A DNA stretch of 64,000 nucleotides, taken from assembly GCA_963675295.2 (NCBI GenBank), contig CAXXKJ010000002.1, forward strand, positions 2,848,001 to 2,912,000, given 5' to 3'. The stretch is from a bacterium. Lineage in GTDB: Bacteria; Electryoneota; Electryoneia; Electryoneales; Electryoneaceae. The position numbers and the translations under genes were made by a program. Positions 1-8,248 of the stretch are shown here, in pieces; position 1 is the first letter of the stretch; every line of letters starts with the position of its first letter. A model generated the notes under the pieces. The model worked only from the letters and a program-made list of their open reading frames with translations, made no database searches and was not told the DNA's origin.

Positions 1-865
1 GCGTGCTGCGGTAGTTCTGCTCAAGGCGGAAGACCTTGGCGCCCTCGAACACGTCCTTGAACGAAAAGATGTTGTCCACCCGCGCACCGCGCCAGCCGTA
101 AATCGACTGGTCATCGTCGCCGACCGCGAACAAGTTCGGTTTCGGCCCGGCGAGCAGACGTAGAAGCTCGAACTGGGCTTGGTTGGTATCCTGCATCTCG
201 TCCACGTGCAGATACCGCCACCGTCCCGACCAGTAGTTGAGCACCGCCGGATATTCACGGAAGAGCTGGATCGGCAGGGTGATCAGATCGTCAAAATCCA
301 TCCCGCCGAGCACCTTCAGGCGCTTCTTGTACTCGGGATAGACCGCCGCGACAACACGCTCAAACGGCAGTTTCGCACGGGCGTCGTAGGTTTCCGGATC
401 AACGAGATCGTTCTTCAACTTGCTGATCGCCGACTGCACCATCTTCGGCCGGAAGCGGTCCTCCGAATGATCCTTGAGGATCTGCTTGACCAGTCGGACG
501 GAATCGTCCGCGTCGAAAATGGAGAAGTCGCGCGGATAGCCGAGGGTTTCGGCATCCCGGCGCAGCACACGCAGCATCGTCGAGTGGAATGTTCCGGCCG
601 CGACTTCGTCCCCGCCGTCAGTGATCTGCGCCGCACGAGCTTTCAGTTCCCCGGCGGCCTTGTTGGTAAAGGTGACCGCGAGGACCTGCCACGGGCGGGC
701 GAGGCGTTGTTGGACGATGTGCGCGATACGGTGCGTGAGCACACGAGTCTTCCCGCTGCCTGCTCCTGCGAGCACGAGCACGGGGCCTTCGGTACACTCA
801 ACGGCGGCTTTCTGCGCGTCGTTAAGCCCGGCAAACAAATCGGTGGCAAACTGGAATTGGTTCAT
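1..865 (-). CDS. pcrA: ATP-dependent DNA helicase PcrA/UvrD (5' part; runs off the window)
   Basis: Manual translation (absent from the ORF track): MNQFQFATDLFAGLNDAQKAAV..LVLAGAGSGKTRVLTHRIA..VTFTNKAA..VDEMQDTN..VGDDDQSIYGWRGA..LEQNYRST, i.e. SF1 helicase motifs. The ATG overlaps the mltG stop (ATGA). Confidence 0.95.
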   Translation of the reverse strand, partial: MNQFQFATDLFAGLNDAQKAAVECTEGPVLVLAGAGSGKTRVLTHRIAHIVQQRLARPWQVLAVTFTNKAAGELKARAAQITDGGDEVAAGTFHSTMLRVLRRDAETLGYPRDFSIFDADDSVRLVKQILKDHSEDRFRPKMVQSAISKLKNDLVDPETYDARAKLPFERVVAAVYPEYKKRLKVLGGMDFDDLITLPIQLFREYPAVLNYWSGRWRYLHVDEMQDTNQAQFELLRLLAGPKPNLFAVGDDDQSIYGWRGARVDNIFSFKDVFEGAKVFRLEQNYRST

Positions 866-1899
866 TGGCTGTTGAGGCGTTGCTGCCGTGCAACCACACG
901 GCGAACCTCGTCGAACTTTTCTTTTGCTTTCAGGTGTTCTTCGTAGGTGCGGGTGAAGGTATGACCGCCGTCTCCCCGCGCCACCATGAACAGCCATGGC
1001 GCCTCGGGAGGTTTCACCGCAGCCCTCAGGGCGGCTTCGCCGGGGTTGTTGATCGGTCCCGGCGGCAACCCGCGATACAGGTAGGTATTGTACGGACTGT
1101 CAATCTTCAGATCGGTGAGTAACAGACGTTTCGGACCGTTCGGGAGCAGGAACTGAACCGTCGGATCGGCCTCGAGTTTCATCCCGCGATTCAAGCGATT
1201 CCTGTACACCGCTGCCACATCCCCGGCCTCTGACTCAAGATTGATCTCGCCCTCGACGATACTGGCCAGAGTAATCACCCCGAGCAGGCCGTACTTGTCC
1301 GCTCGTGCGTCGGCCAGCCATTGACCGCCGAGCCGTTCGAAAAAGTGCTCGACCATCTCCGAGACGACACGTTCCGGTTTCGCGTTCAACGGGAAGACAT
1401 ACGTTTCCGGGAACAGCAGGCCGTCCAGAGAAGGCAGCTCGCCGTACCCGAGCTTCGCGGTGAAGGTTTCGGAACGTACCGTGGCGACGAAACCGGTACT
1501 GTCGGTTATGCCTGCGGCCTGTAACCTCGCCGCCATCTGTTCGGCGGTCCAGCCCTCGGGAAAGGTGACCTCGGTGGTGGCGATACGTCCCTCGATGAGG
1601 ATCATGGCCAGATCCGCGGAGGACGCCGAGCGTTCGAGGAAATACGTTCCGGACTTGATCGCTTCCGCCTTGCCGCGCAGACGCAGGAACCAGACGAACC
1701 CGTCGGAATTGTCGATCAGGCCGGCAACGTGCAGGGATTCCGCGACGGCGTAGGCGTACATCCCGTCCCGCACGAGGAACGTATCGACTCCGGCGGCGTC
1801 CAGGTTGGCCCGTTCGCCGAGGATCGCGTCACCGAAAAACAGCAGCGCGGAGGTAACAACCACGGCCAGCAGAATGGCCAGTATGATCAGGATACGCAA
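862..1899 (-). CDS. mltG: Endolytic transglycosylase MltG
   Basis: N-terminal TM helix; TFPEG, GLLFPETY, LASIVEGE, LEADPTV and SPYNTY..GLPPGPINNPG motifs. Confidence 0.95.
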   Translation of the reverse strand: MRILIILAILLAVVVTSALLFFGDAILGERANLDAAGVDTFLVRDGMYAYAVAESLHVAGLIDNSDGFVWFLRLRGKAEAIKSGTYFLERSASSADLAMILIEGRIATTEVTFPEGWTAEQMAARLQAAGITDSTGFVATVRSETFTAKLGYGELPSLDGLLFPETYVFPLNAKPERVVSEMVEHFFERLGGQWLADARADKYGLLGVITLASIVEGEINLESEAGDVAAVYRNRLNRGMKLEADPTVQFLLPNGPKRLLLTDLKIDSPYNTYLYRGLPPGPINNPGEAALRAAVKPPEAPWLFMVARGDGGHTFTRTYEEHLKAKEKFDEVRRVVARQQRLNSQ

Positions 1900-1950
1900 C
1901 GGTATGAACGTCCCAGGTAAAACGGATCCACTCTCGGCACGGGTTCCGGG

Positions 1951-2502
1951 CTAAACCGCCAGATTGATATGGCTCAACCATTCACCAACATCTTCGGCTG
2001 AGGCGACCCACTCAACCGTTCCCGCGGAAATCGACTCGAACTCGTCCAGCATTGGCTTCATGCGGAATTGCCAGAACGGTTCCCAGATCGCAAATTTGCG
2101 CCCTTCGAACCGCCGCAGCAGGGCAATGGATGACCAGATTTCAGCCAGCGTTCCGCTTCCGCCTGGCAAACCGATCGCCCGTGGCACACGCAGCAACATC
2201 GACATGCGTTCCGTGTAATCGCTTGCGACGTAAAATTTGTCGATGTGCGGATTCGGCTTGTGCACCTTCGGTGGGGCGTATAAAATGCCAACCGCTTCAC
2301 CCCCCGCTTCCACCGCTCCCTTGCTGGCGGCCTCCATTGCGCCACCATAGCCGCCGGTGACCAACGTAAACCCACGATTGGAGATCATCCGGCCGATCCG
2401 CTCAGACAGCTTCCATCCTTCGCTGCCCGGTTGCCACGCGCCGCCGCCGAACAGGCAGAACGGATTTTCCACTTCGAATTTCTTGTGCACGGACAGATTC
2501 AT
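1951..2502 (-). CDS. LOG-family (Rossmann-fold nucleotide-binding) protein
   Basis: TGGYGGAMEAASKGA and PGGSGTLAE (PGGxGTxxE) motifs. Start moved to ATG 2502, which follows GGGAGGAG. Confidence 0.85.
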   Translation of the reverse strand: MNLSVHKKFEVENPFCLFGGGAWQPGSEGWKLSERIGRMISNRGFTLVTGGYGGAMEAASKGAVEAGGEAVGILYAPPKVHKPNPHIDKFYVASDYTERMSMLLRVPRAIGLPGGSGTLAEIWSSIALLRRFEGRKFAIWEPFWQFRMKPMLDEFESISAGTVEWVASAEDVGEWLSHINLAV

Positions 2503-2565
2503 TGACTCCTCCCTGTTTGCAAGCTCATGGAAGATAAAACATTGAACCGGCAATCCCAGAGAGAG

Positions 2566-2634
2566 AAAAGCCATCAGAGTCTTCGCAGGTGCGGTCGTGG
2601 GGGATCGACCACACTGCTAGCCCGACCTGATGGC
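2566..2634 (-). ncRNA. Candidate small structured RNA or attenuator leader
   Basis: 65-nt rod-like fold (GCCAUCAG/CUGAUGGC closing stem, GGUCG/CGACC apical stem, AUCCCCCA loop) followed by UUUU. It begins 7 nt downstream of a sigma70-like -10. Confidence 0.45.
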
Positions 2635-2641
2635 AGAAGTC

Positions 2642-2670
2642 AATGTACGAGTCGCACTTGCTGAACGCAA
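2642..2670 (-). promoter_or_regulatory. sigma70-like promoter
   Basis: TTGCGT-N17-TACATT on the minus strand. Confidence 0.55.
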
Positions 2671-2693
2671 GAAAAAGTTAGAAGGATCTAACT
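2671..2693 (-). terminator. Rho-independent terminator after the DUF2154-like gene
   Basis: AGTTAGA-TCCT-TCTAACT followed by TTTTC. Confidence 0.5.
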
Positions 2694-2747
2694 CGCACCT
2701 CTCTTTATCCGGCTATTTCACGGATTCCCCCGTTCAGCGCTTAACGA

Positions 2748-3599
2748 TCAACGCCAGCGCAGATCGACATCGCCCATGCCGACGCTGAGGTCGATGTCAA
2801 GCTTGACACTCGCGGTGTCGTAATCGTCGGTTTCCCAGACGTCTTTCCGCACCTTTTTCATGTCATCCAGATCAACGGAAGACATGAAGCCGCCATCGTG
2901 GTAGACACGGATGCCCATGCCCTTGGAGACGATGATGTCGCAGCTGCCCATGCCGACGCTGATATCGACGACGCCCTCTCCTTCATAGCCACGCAAATCG
3001 AGGGTAACATCGCCCATGCCGGCGTCCACGTCCAGCTTCCGAAAGCGCAGATTACCCAAGTTGACCGTTTCCAGTGAACCGAGACCGCATTCGATGCTGA
3101 TCCGGTCGGATTCGATCTCGTTTCGTTTGTCGACAATCAGCTCGGTTTCGGCGAGGCCGGCATCCAGTTCGAGCCGCTTCACCTTGAGGCCGGTGAGGTC
3201 AATATCGTTGTCGCCGAGGCCGACGTCGCAGCGGATGGCATACTCCGGTTTCGGGGACAGCAGCACCTCGAATTCGCTGCCGTCCATATCATCTGTGCCA
3301 CCGAAATGATGATGGTCATCGTCGGATTCGAGATAGACATAGACCATGTCGGCCTCACGTTCGACCTTCATCGTTGGTTCGTCGAAATCCTCGTCGTACT
3401 CGCCGCTGAATTCGACCAGGGTTTCTTCCTTGCCTGCTTTAACGGTCGTTTCCGCGATGGACAGGTCGAGTTGCAGTTCGACGAATTCCGCGCCGCCGAG
3501 CGCTTCGGTGTGAGCGAAGGAGTTGCGTTTCTTTGCGTATGCGATGACCACGCACAGCGCAAGCACAACGACCAGGGCTGCAGTCAATTTCTTCGACAT
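2748..3599 (-). CDS. Exported beta-repeat protein (toast-rack / DUF2154 / LiaF-like)
   Basis: Signal peptide MSKKLTAALVVVLALCVVIAYA; repeated (V/A)G(L/M)G(D/S) beta-strand units. ATG 3599 follows GAGGAG. Confidence 0.7.
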   Translation of the reverse strand: MSKKLTAALVVVLALCVVIAYAKKRNSFAHTEALGGAEFVELQLDLSIAETTVKAGKEETLVEFSGEYDEDFDEPTMKVEREADMVYVYLESDDDHHHFGGTDDMDGSEFEVLLSPKPEYAIRCDVGLGDNDIDLTGLKVKRLELDAGLAETELIVDKRNEIESDRISIECGLGSLETVNLGNLRFRKLDVDAGMGDVTLDLRGYEGEGVVDISVGMGSCDIIVSKGMGIRVYHDGGFMSSVDLDDMKKVRKDVWETDDYDTASVKLDIDLSVGMGDVDLRWR

Positions 3600-3642
3600 G
3601 TTCACACTCTCCTCACTGGTGTCGGTGGCATATCGTGCCTGA

Positions 3643-4893
3643 TCAGTTCTTCCTGATCTGGATTTTTCCGCCACCGACCGTAATATCAATTTCAGATCCT
3701 CCCCCATTGACCTGGCCACGTGCGGCGATACTTCCGCCGAAATCGCGGACGTCAAGCGGGAAGTCCGATTGGATCGCGTCTTCGTTTCTGCTGCAATTAA
3801 GACGGATAACCAGATCCGTCTGCACCGATTCGTACAGGGTCACATCAACATCACCGGCATTGACCTGGAAATCCCACATCACCGGTTCCGAGAGGTCTTC
3901 ACTCAGTTTCGCAAAGACAGACCCGGCGGTGAGGTCAACGTCCAGATCGCCCGCAATTTCATCGATTGTGATATTTCCTGCGCTGCCGAACACATCAACG
4001 TTACCCAGATGATGGCATACGTCCAGATCCCCACCGCTAATGTTGAAATCGAGGTCGCCGGTACAGTCTTCGATCAGGATATCGCCGCCTCGGCTTTCCA
4101 GGTTTGAGATCTCAAGGATTTCTGATCGACGCATGATGATCTTACCGCCGGACGTTTGCACTTTAAGGCGTTCCGCCTTGACATCATTCAACGTGATATC
4201 ACCGCCCCACGAGGAAACATTCAAGCGGCCACAAGCCATGTTCAGTGTGATATCACCACCTGCGGTGTCCAGGTCAATAATTCCTTCATCACCATCAAGC
4301 TCGACTCGTCCCCCGGCGGAATTTACATTTTGCATTCCGCAATGCTTTTTGAGGAACACATCGCCACCGGATGTAGACAGGATCAACCGCCCGCTGGTGC
4401 CGTCCAGGGTCACCGTGCCGCCGTTGGACTCGAGTCGCATCTCACCGGACAGATCTTTCAGCAGCAGATCGCCGCCTGTTGTGATGAGATCCGTATCGGT
4501 GTGAAACGGTGTGTAGAATGTCAATTCGAACCAGGCTGTCCGAGTCGCATATTCCAGATTCAACATCCGGCCCTTCAATGTCAAGGAACTCGCGCCTGTC
4601 TCAATGTTCGGATACAATTCCTCGTACTCAGTGCGTGCCTCAGCTTCATCCAGTCTGGAAGCAGCATGATAGGCCATTACGAGTTTTGTATCTTCCCGTT
4701 CTTCGCCAATAACGGTGATTTTTGCGGAACACTCATCAACAGCCAGCACTGGGCGATCCCCGAGCCCGAAATACATGGTTTCCGTTGCAGTCCAGGCACC
4801 GTCAATCTTTTCCCAGACGACTTCACTTTCACCTGCCAGCAGCGTGCACGGCACGGCCAGCAGCAGCGCAATCACGAGTAATCGGCGCGACAT
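3643..4893 (-). CDS. DUF4097-family beta-strand repeat (adhesin-like) exported protein
   Basis: Signal peptide; many T/S-x-GG-D-I/V repeats. Confidence 0.8.
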   Translation of the reverse strand: MSRRLLVIALLLAVPCTLLAGESEVVWEKIDGAWTATETMYFGLGDRPVLAVDECSAKITVIGEEREDTKLVMAYHAASRLDEAEARTEYEELYPNIETGASSLTLKGRMLNLEYATRTAWFELTFYTPFHTDTDLITTGGDLLLKDLSGEMRLESNGGTVTLDGTSGRLILSTSGGDVFLKKHCGMQNVNSAGGRVELDGDEGIIDLDTAGGDITLNMACGRLNVSSWGGDITLNDVKAERLKVQTSGGKIIMRRSEILEISNLESRGGDILIEDCTGDLDFNISGGDLDVCHHLGNVDVFGSAGNITIDEIAGDLDVDLTAGSVFAKLSEDLSEPVMWDFQVNAGDVDVTLYESVQTDLVIRLNCSRNEDAIQSDFPLDVRDFGGSIAARGQVNGGGSEIDITVGGGKIQIRKN

Positions 4894-4932
4894 GATGGAG
4901 CCTTTCTACGTGAGCGGGGGGCTCGCCAGAGT

Positions 4933-4962
4933 TTAGACAGAGACAGTCAGATGGTGGTTACA
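4933..4962 (-). promoter_or_regulatory. Possible ECF-sigma promoter
   Basis: TGTAAC-N17-TGTCTAA upstream of the DUF4097/DUF2154 pair. Such genes are commonly ECF-controlled; spacing is slightly long. Confidence 0.3.
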
Positions 4963-5032
4963 AGGGAGGCAGTGGACAACTACAAATTTCGCTCTGTCTT
5001 TGTGAAGACAAAATACAAACTTTGTCGTGGAA

Positions 5033-6157
5033 TCACCAATTCCATTCTTCGTCGTCCTTCGTGCGCGGGGGTGGTTCAATTCCGGGGTAGTAGGGTTCGC
5101 CGAGCCGGTATTCGACGAGGTTGCCGTCGATCGTGCCGACCGGAATCTTGGTGCTCATGCGGACCGGGATCCGGCGCTCGTCATCGGTGATCCAGACAAA
5201 CACCCGCCCGGCTTTCTTGAACAGACCTTCCGATGTGATCACCGGTTCTACCTTGATGCAGTGAAACTCTCCCGCCGGGACTTTGATAGTCTCTTTTTCG
5301 TAAACCTTGACTGTCAACGGATACTGCACGTCGAGGTCGTGCACCGGGATCACCAGTTCGGTGTTTTCCTCGAGATCCTGCGCCCGGACCCAGAACAGCG
5401 CAGAAATGATGTTGTGCGTGTACGGCAGGGCTGGTGTGATTCCCTTTGGACCGTTTTCGTTGGAGATCGCGACCCAGCCGGTGTCGTGGTTGTAATCGAA
5501 ATATTTGCGGCTATGGTAGGAACCTTCATTGATGTTACGTTCGTAGCGCTGCGAGTAGAGGCCGCCGACGTCGAACCAGGATTCGACGTAATCCCGCACC
5601 TTGTAGATAAAGTCAATCCCTTTGGTACTCTTCACCCGGCTTGAGAAATGGTAGGCTGGTCGGCCCTCCACGTCCTCCACCCCGACCAGCGACATCTCGC
5701 TCATGCCGGCCTTGACGAAGGAAAACTCCATGTAGTACCGCAGCCTTTCGCCGACCCCGAATGGAACGTCGTACACCGATCCGTCCGGCGCGTCGAACGC
5801 TTCCACACCTCCGCCCGGCTTCGCGCGGTAAGCGACCGGAATCGAACCTGGTTGAACTGCGAAAGTATCCGGTTCAGCAATCAGGGTATCGGCTGCGATG
5901 ACGACGGTATCCTGTACGACGGCCATCGTGTCTACCGGGACAACCACGGTGTCCAGTGCGACGGTCAGCGTATCCGACTCAAGCAGCAGGCTGTCAGGGG
6001 TTGCGGCGAGTGTATCCGTCGTGTCCGGCGTGGGCCGTTTCTCCGGCGGTGCCCCGGCCAGCGACAACGAACTGAGCGCCACAGCGACGGCAAACACCGT
6101 CACGGCGGCAACATGGCGAAGGAAACGCGCGGTTTTCGGGTCGAGAGATTTCGTCAT
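5033..6157 (-). CDS. DUF3108-domain exported protein with N-terminal D-S/T heptad repeats
   Basis: Signal peptide; GERLRY, YKVRD, ETIKVPAGEFHC and VWITDDERRIPVRM motifs typical of DUF3108. Confidence 0.8.
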   Translation of the reverse strand: MTKSLDPKTARFLRHVAAVTVFAVAVALSSLSLAGAPPEKRPTPDTTDTLAATPDSLLLESDTLTVALDTVVVPVDTMAVVQDTVVIAADTLIAEPDTFAVQPGSIPVAYRAKPGGGVEAFDAPDGSVYDVPFGVGERLRYYMEFSFVKAGMSEMSLVGVEDVEGRPAYHFSSRVKSTKGIDFIYKVRDYVESWFDVGGLYSQRYERNINEGSYHSRKYFDYNHDTGWVAISNENGPKGITPALPYTHNIISALFWVRAQDLEENTELVIPVHDLDVQYPLTVKVYEKETIKVPAGEFHCIKVEPVITSEGLFKKAGRVFVWITDDERRIPVRMSTKIPVGTIDGNLVEYRLGEPYYPGIEPPPRTKDDEEWNW

Positions 6158-6181
6158 AGCACTGGGTACACTCGCGCTCGG

Positions 6182-7594
6182 CTACTTGCGTTTCCACCGG
6201 GTGCCGTCCGCTCCATCCTTCAGTTCGATGCCTTCGGCGGCGAGCTGATCACGGATTTCGTCGGCACGCGCCCAGTTCTTGTCGGCACGGGCCTGCCAGC
6301 GTTCGGCGACCAGCGCGTCGATGCGCTCCGCGTCCGGATCGGCCGATTCTTCACCAAACGGTTTGAACAGGCTCAGCGCGTGATCGAAGCTGTCCCACAG
6401 TTCTCTTAGCTTCGGCACCAGCCCTTGAGCAGCACGGCCTTCGTGATGCAAAGCGTTGATTTCACGGATCAGGGTAAACGCATGCGCCAGCGCTCCGCTG
6501 ACGTTGAGGTCGTCATCCATCGCGGCGACGAACCCGGTCTTCGCGCGTTCGATGGCCTCGAGTGCTTCCGGCACCGCTTCACCGTCCGGGTAGCTGGCCC
6601 AGCTGGTCTGGAATTCGTCGATCCGTTCAATCGCGGAACGTGCTGCCTTCAGCCCGTCGAAGGTGAAGTTCAGCTTGCTGCGGTAATGCGTTGCCGCCAA
6701 CACGTAGCGGATTTCACGCGGACTGTAGCCCATCTCGATGATGTCGCGGAGCGTGTAGAAGTTGCCCAGCGACTTGCTCATCTTGCGGCCTTCGATGATC
6801 AGGTGCTCGTTGTGCAGCCACCAGTGCGCGAAGTCGCCGCCGATGCCGCACAGGCTCTGCGCGATCTCGTTTTCGTGATGCGGAAACACGAGATCGACAC
6901 CGCCGGTATGGATGTCGAAATCGTGGCCGAGGTATTTCGTCGACATTGCTGAGCATTCGAGGTGCCAGCCGGGGCGACCCTTGCCGAACGGCGTCTCCCA
7001 GAACACGTCACCGTCTGCGTCGTCGTACGCTTTCCACAATGCGAAATCACGGACATCATCCTTGGATTCGTACTCGTCGGACGACACGCGTTCGCCAATA
7101 CGCAGATCTTCCAGGCGTTTGCCGGAAAGGGTGCCGTAGTTGGCGAAGCTGCTGACGGAGAAATAGATCGAGCCATCGTCCGCTTTGTACGCATGACCAC
7201 TTTCGAGCAGGTTCTGCACCAGTTCGACCATGACATCGATGTGCGTCGTCGCTTCCGGGTAGACATGGGCGCGCTGAATGTTCAGCGTGTCAATGTCCGC
7301 AAAAAACGCTTCCCGATACCGCGCGGTATAGTCGTTGAGCGGTACCTCCTCCTCCTGGCTGCGGCGGATGGTCTTGTCGTCCACATCGGTCAGGTTCATC
7401 ACCTGCAGCACGTCGTAGCCTGTCACTTCCAGCCAGCGGCGCAGGATATCGGTAAAGATATACGAACGGAAATTGCCGATGTGGGCAAAGTCGTAGATCG
7501 TCGGACCGCAATTGTAGACGCCGACCTTGCCATCATGCAGCGGGGTGAACGGGAGTTTTTTCCGGCGACGGGTATCAAAAAACTGCAGGCTCAT
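6182..7594 (-). CDS. cysS: Cysteine--tRNA ligase
   Basis: CGPTIYDFAHIGN, TDVDDK, GRPGWHLECSAM, FPHHENE and KMSKS motifs. Confidence 0.98.
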   Translation of the reverse strand: MSLQFFDTRRRKKLPFTPLHDGKVGVYNCGPTIYDFAHIGNFRSYIFTDILRRWLEVTGYDVLQVMNLTDVDDKTIRRSQEEEVPLNDYTARYREAFFADIDTLNIQRAHVYPEATTHIDVMVELVQNLLESGHAYKADDGSIYFSVSSFANYGTLSGKRLEDLRIGERVSSDEYESKDDVRDFALWKAYDDADGDVFWETPFGKGRPGWHLECSAMSTKYLGHDFDIHTGGVDLVFPHHENEIAQSLCGIGGDFAHWWLHNEHLIIEGRKMSKSLGNFYTLRDIIEMGYSPREIRYVLAATHYRSKLNFTFDGLKAARSAIERIDEFQTSWASYPDGEAVPEALEAIERAKTGFVAAMDDDLNVSGALAHAFTLIREINALHHEGRAAQGLVPKLRELWDSFDHALSLFKPFGEESADPDAERIDALVAERWQARADKNWARADEIRDQLAAEGIELKDGADGTRWKRK

Positions 7595-7601
7595 GAGTCA
7601 A

Positions 7602-8234
7602 TCAGGTTGTTTGCGCTTGCTGCCGCTTCAATTTCAGGTAGACGGCAAGATAGTCAACGCTGGAGAGTAGCAACAGGGCAAACGCCAACCACGGGAGCGT
7701 GAGCACCAGCCACGCCGGCAGCCAGTCCGCGACCAGCTGCGCCAGCAAAGTTGACGAAACGACAAACATCGTCGTCTTGCCGATCCAGCGGCTGGTAAAC
7801 AGATGGCGGTTCTTGCGCAGCACGCGAATTGCGAGGCCGAGGATGGTAGCGTCACGGATCACCATCGCAATCAGCACCGCGATCGGAAAGTCATACGGGC
7901 GGTCAGTAAACACCAGCACCACCGCCACAGAGACGACGACCAGCTTGTCGATCACCGGGTCGAGGATCTTGCCGAGGTCAGAGCGCTGGTCGAGGGCACG
8001 TGCGACGATGCCGTCGAGACCATCCGTGAGGAACGAGAGTACGAGCAGCAGGGCCGCGAGGTGATCCGTTTTCGGGCCGTCGGAGTCGATCAACATCACG
8101 ATGGCCGGAAGGGCAAAAACAAGACGCACGAGCGAGAGCAGGTTCGGGAGCAGAAACCAGTCCCGTGCCTGGATGTGCAGGCCCGCGCTGTCAGGTGCGG
8201 ATTCCGTAACCGTTTCTTGAGTGGAACGGTTCAT
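7602..8234 (-). CDS. CDP-alcohol phosphatidyltransferase (PgsA-like)
   Basis: PNLLSLVR and DGLDGIVAR..GKILDPVIDK signature; multiple TM segments. Confidence 0.9.
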   Translation of the reverse strand: MNRSTQETVTESAPDSAGLHIQARDWFLLPNLLSLVRLVFALPAIVMLIDSDGPKTDHLAALLLVLSFLTDGLDGIVARALDQRSDLGKILDPVIDKLVVVSVAVVLVFTDRPYDFPIAVLIAMVIRDATILGLAIRVLRKNRHLFTSRWIGKTTMFVVSSTLLAQLVADWLPAWLVLTLPWLAFALLLLSSVDYLAVYLKLKRQQAQTT

Positions 8235-8248
8235 TCACCAGCCTGGGT

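Noticed and set aside
179-946. 255-aa plus-strand ORF
   Set aside because: Antisense shadow of pcrA, whose helicase motifs are clear on the minus strand.
2520-2700. 6S RNA, SRP RNA, tRNA or Y RNA identity for the hairpin
   Set aside because: No SRP GGAA/AGCAG domain-IV motif, no cloverleaf or TTCG T-loop, too short and without a central bubble for 6S, and no Ro60 gene nearby. Kept only as an unclassified candidate.
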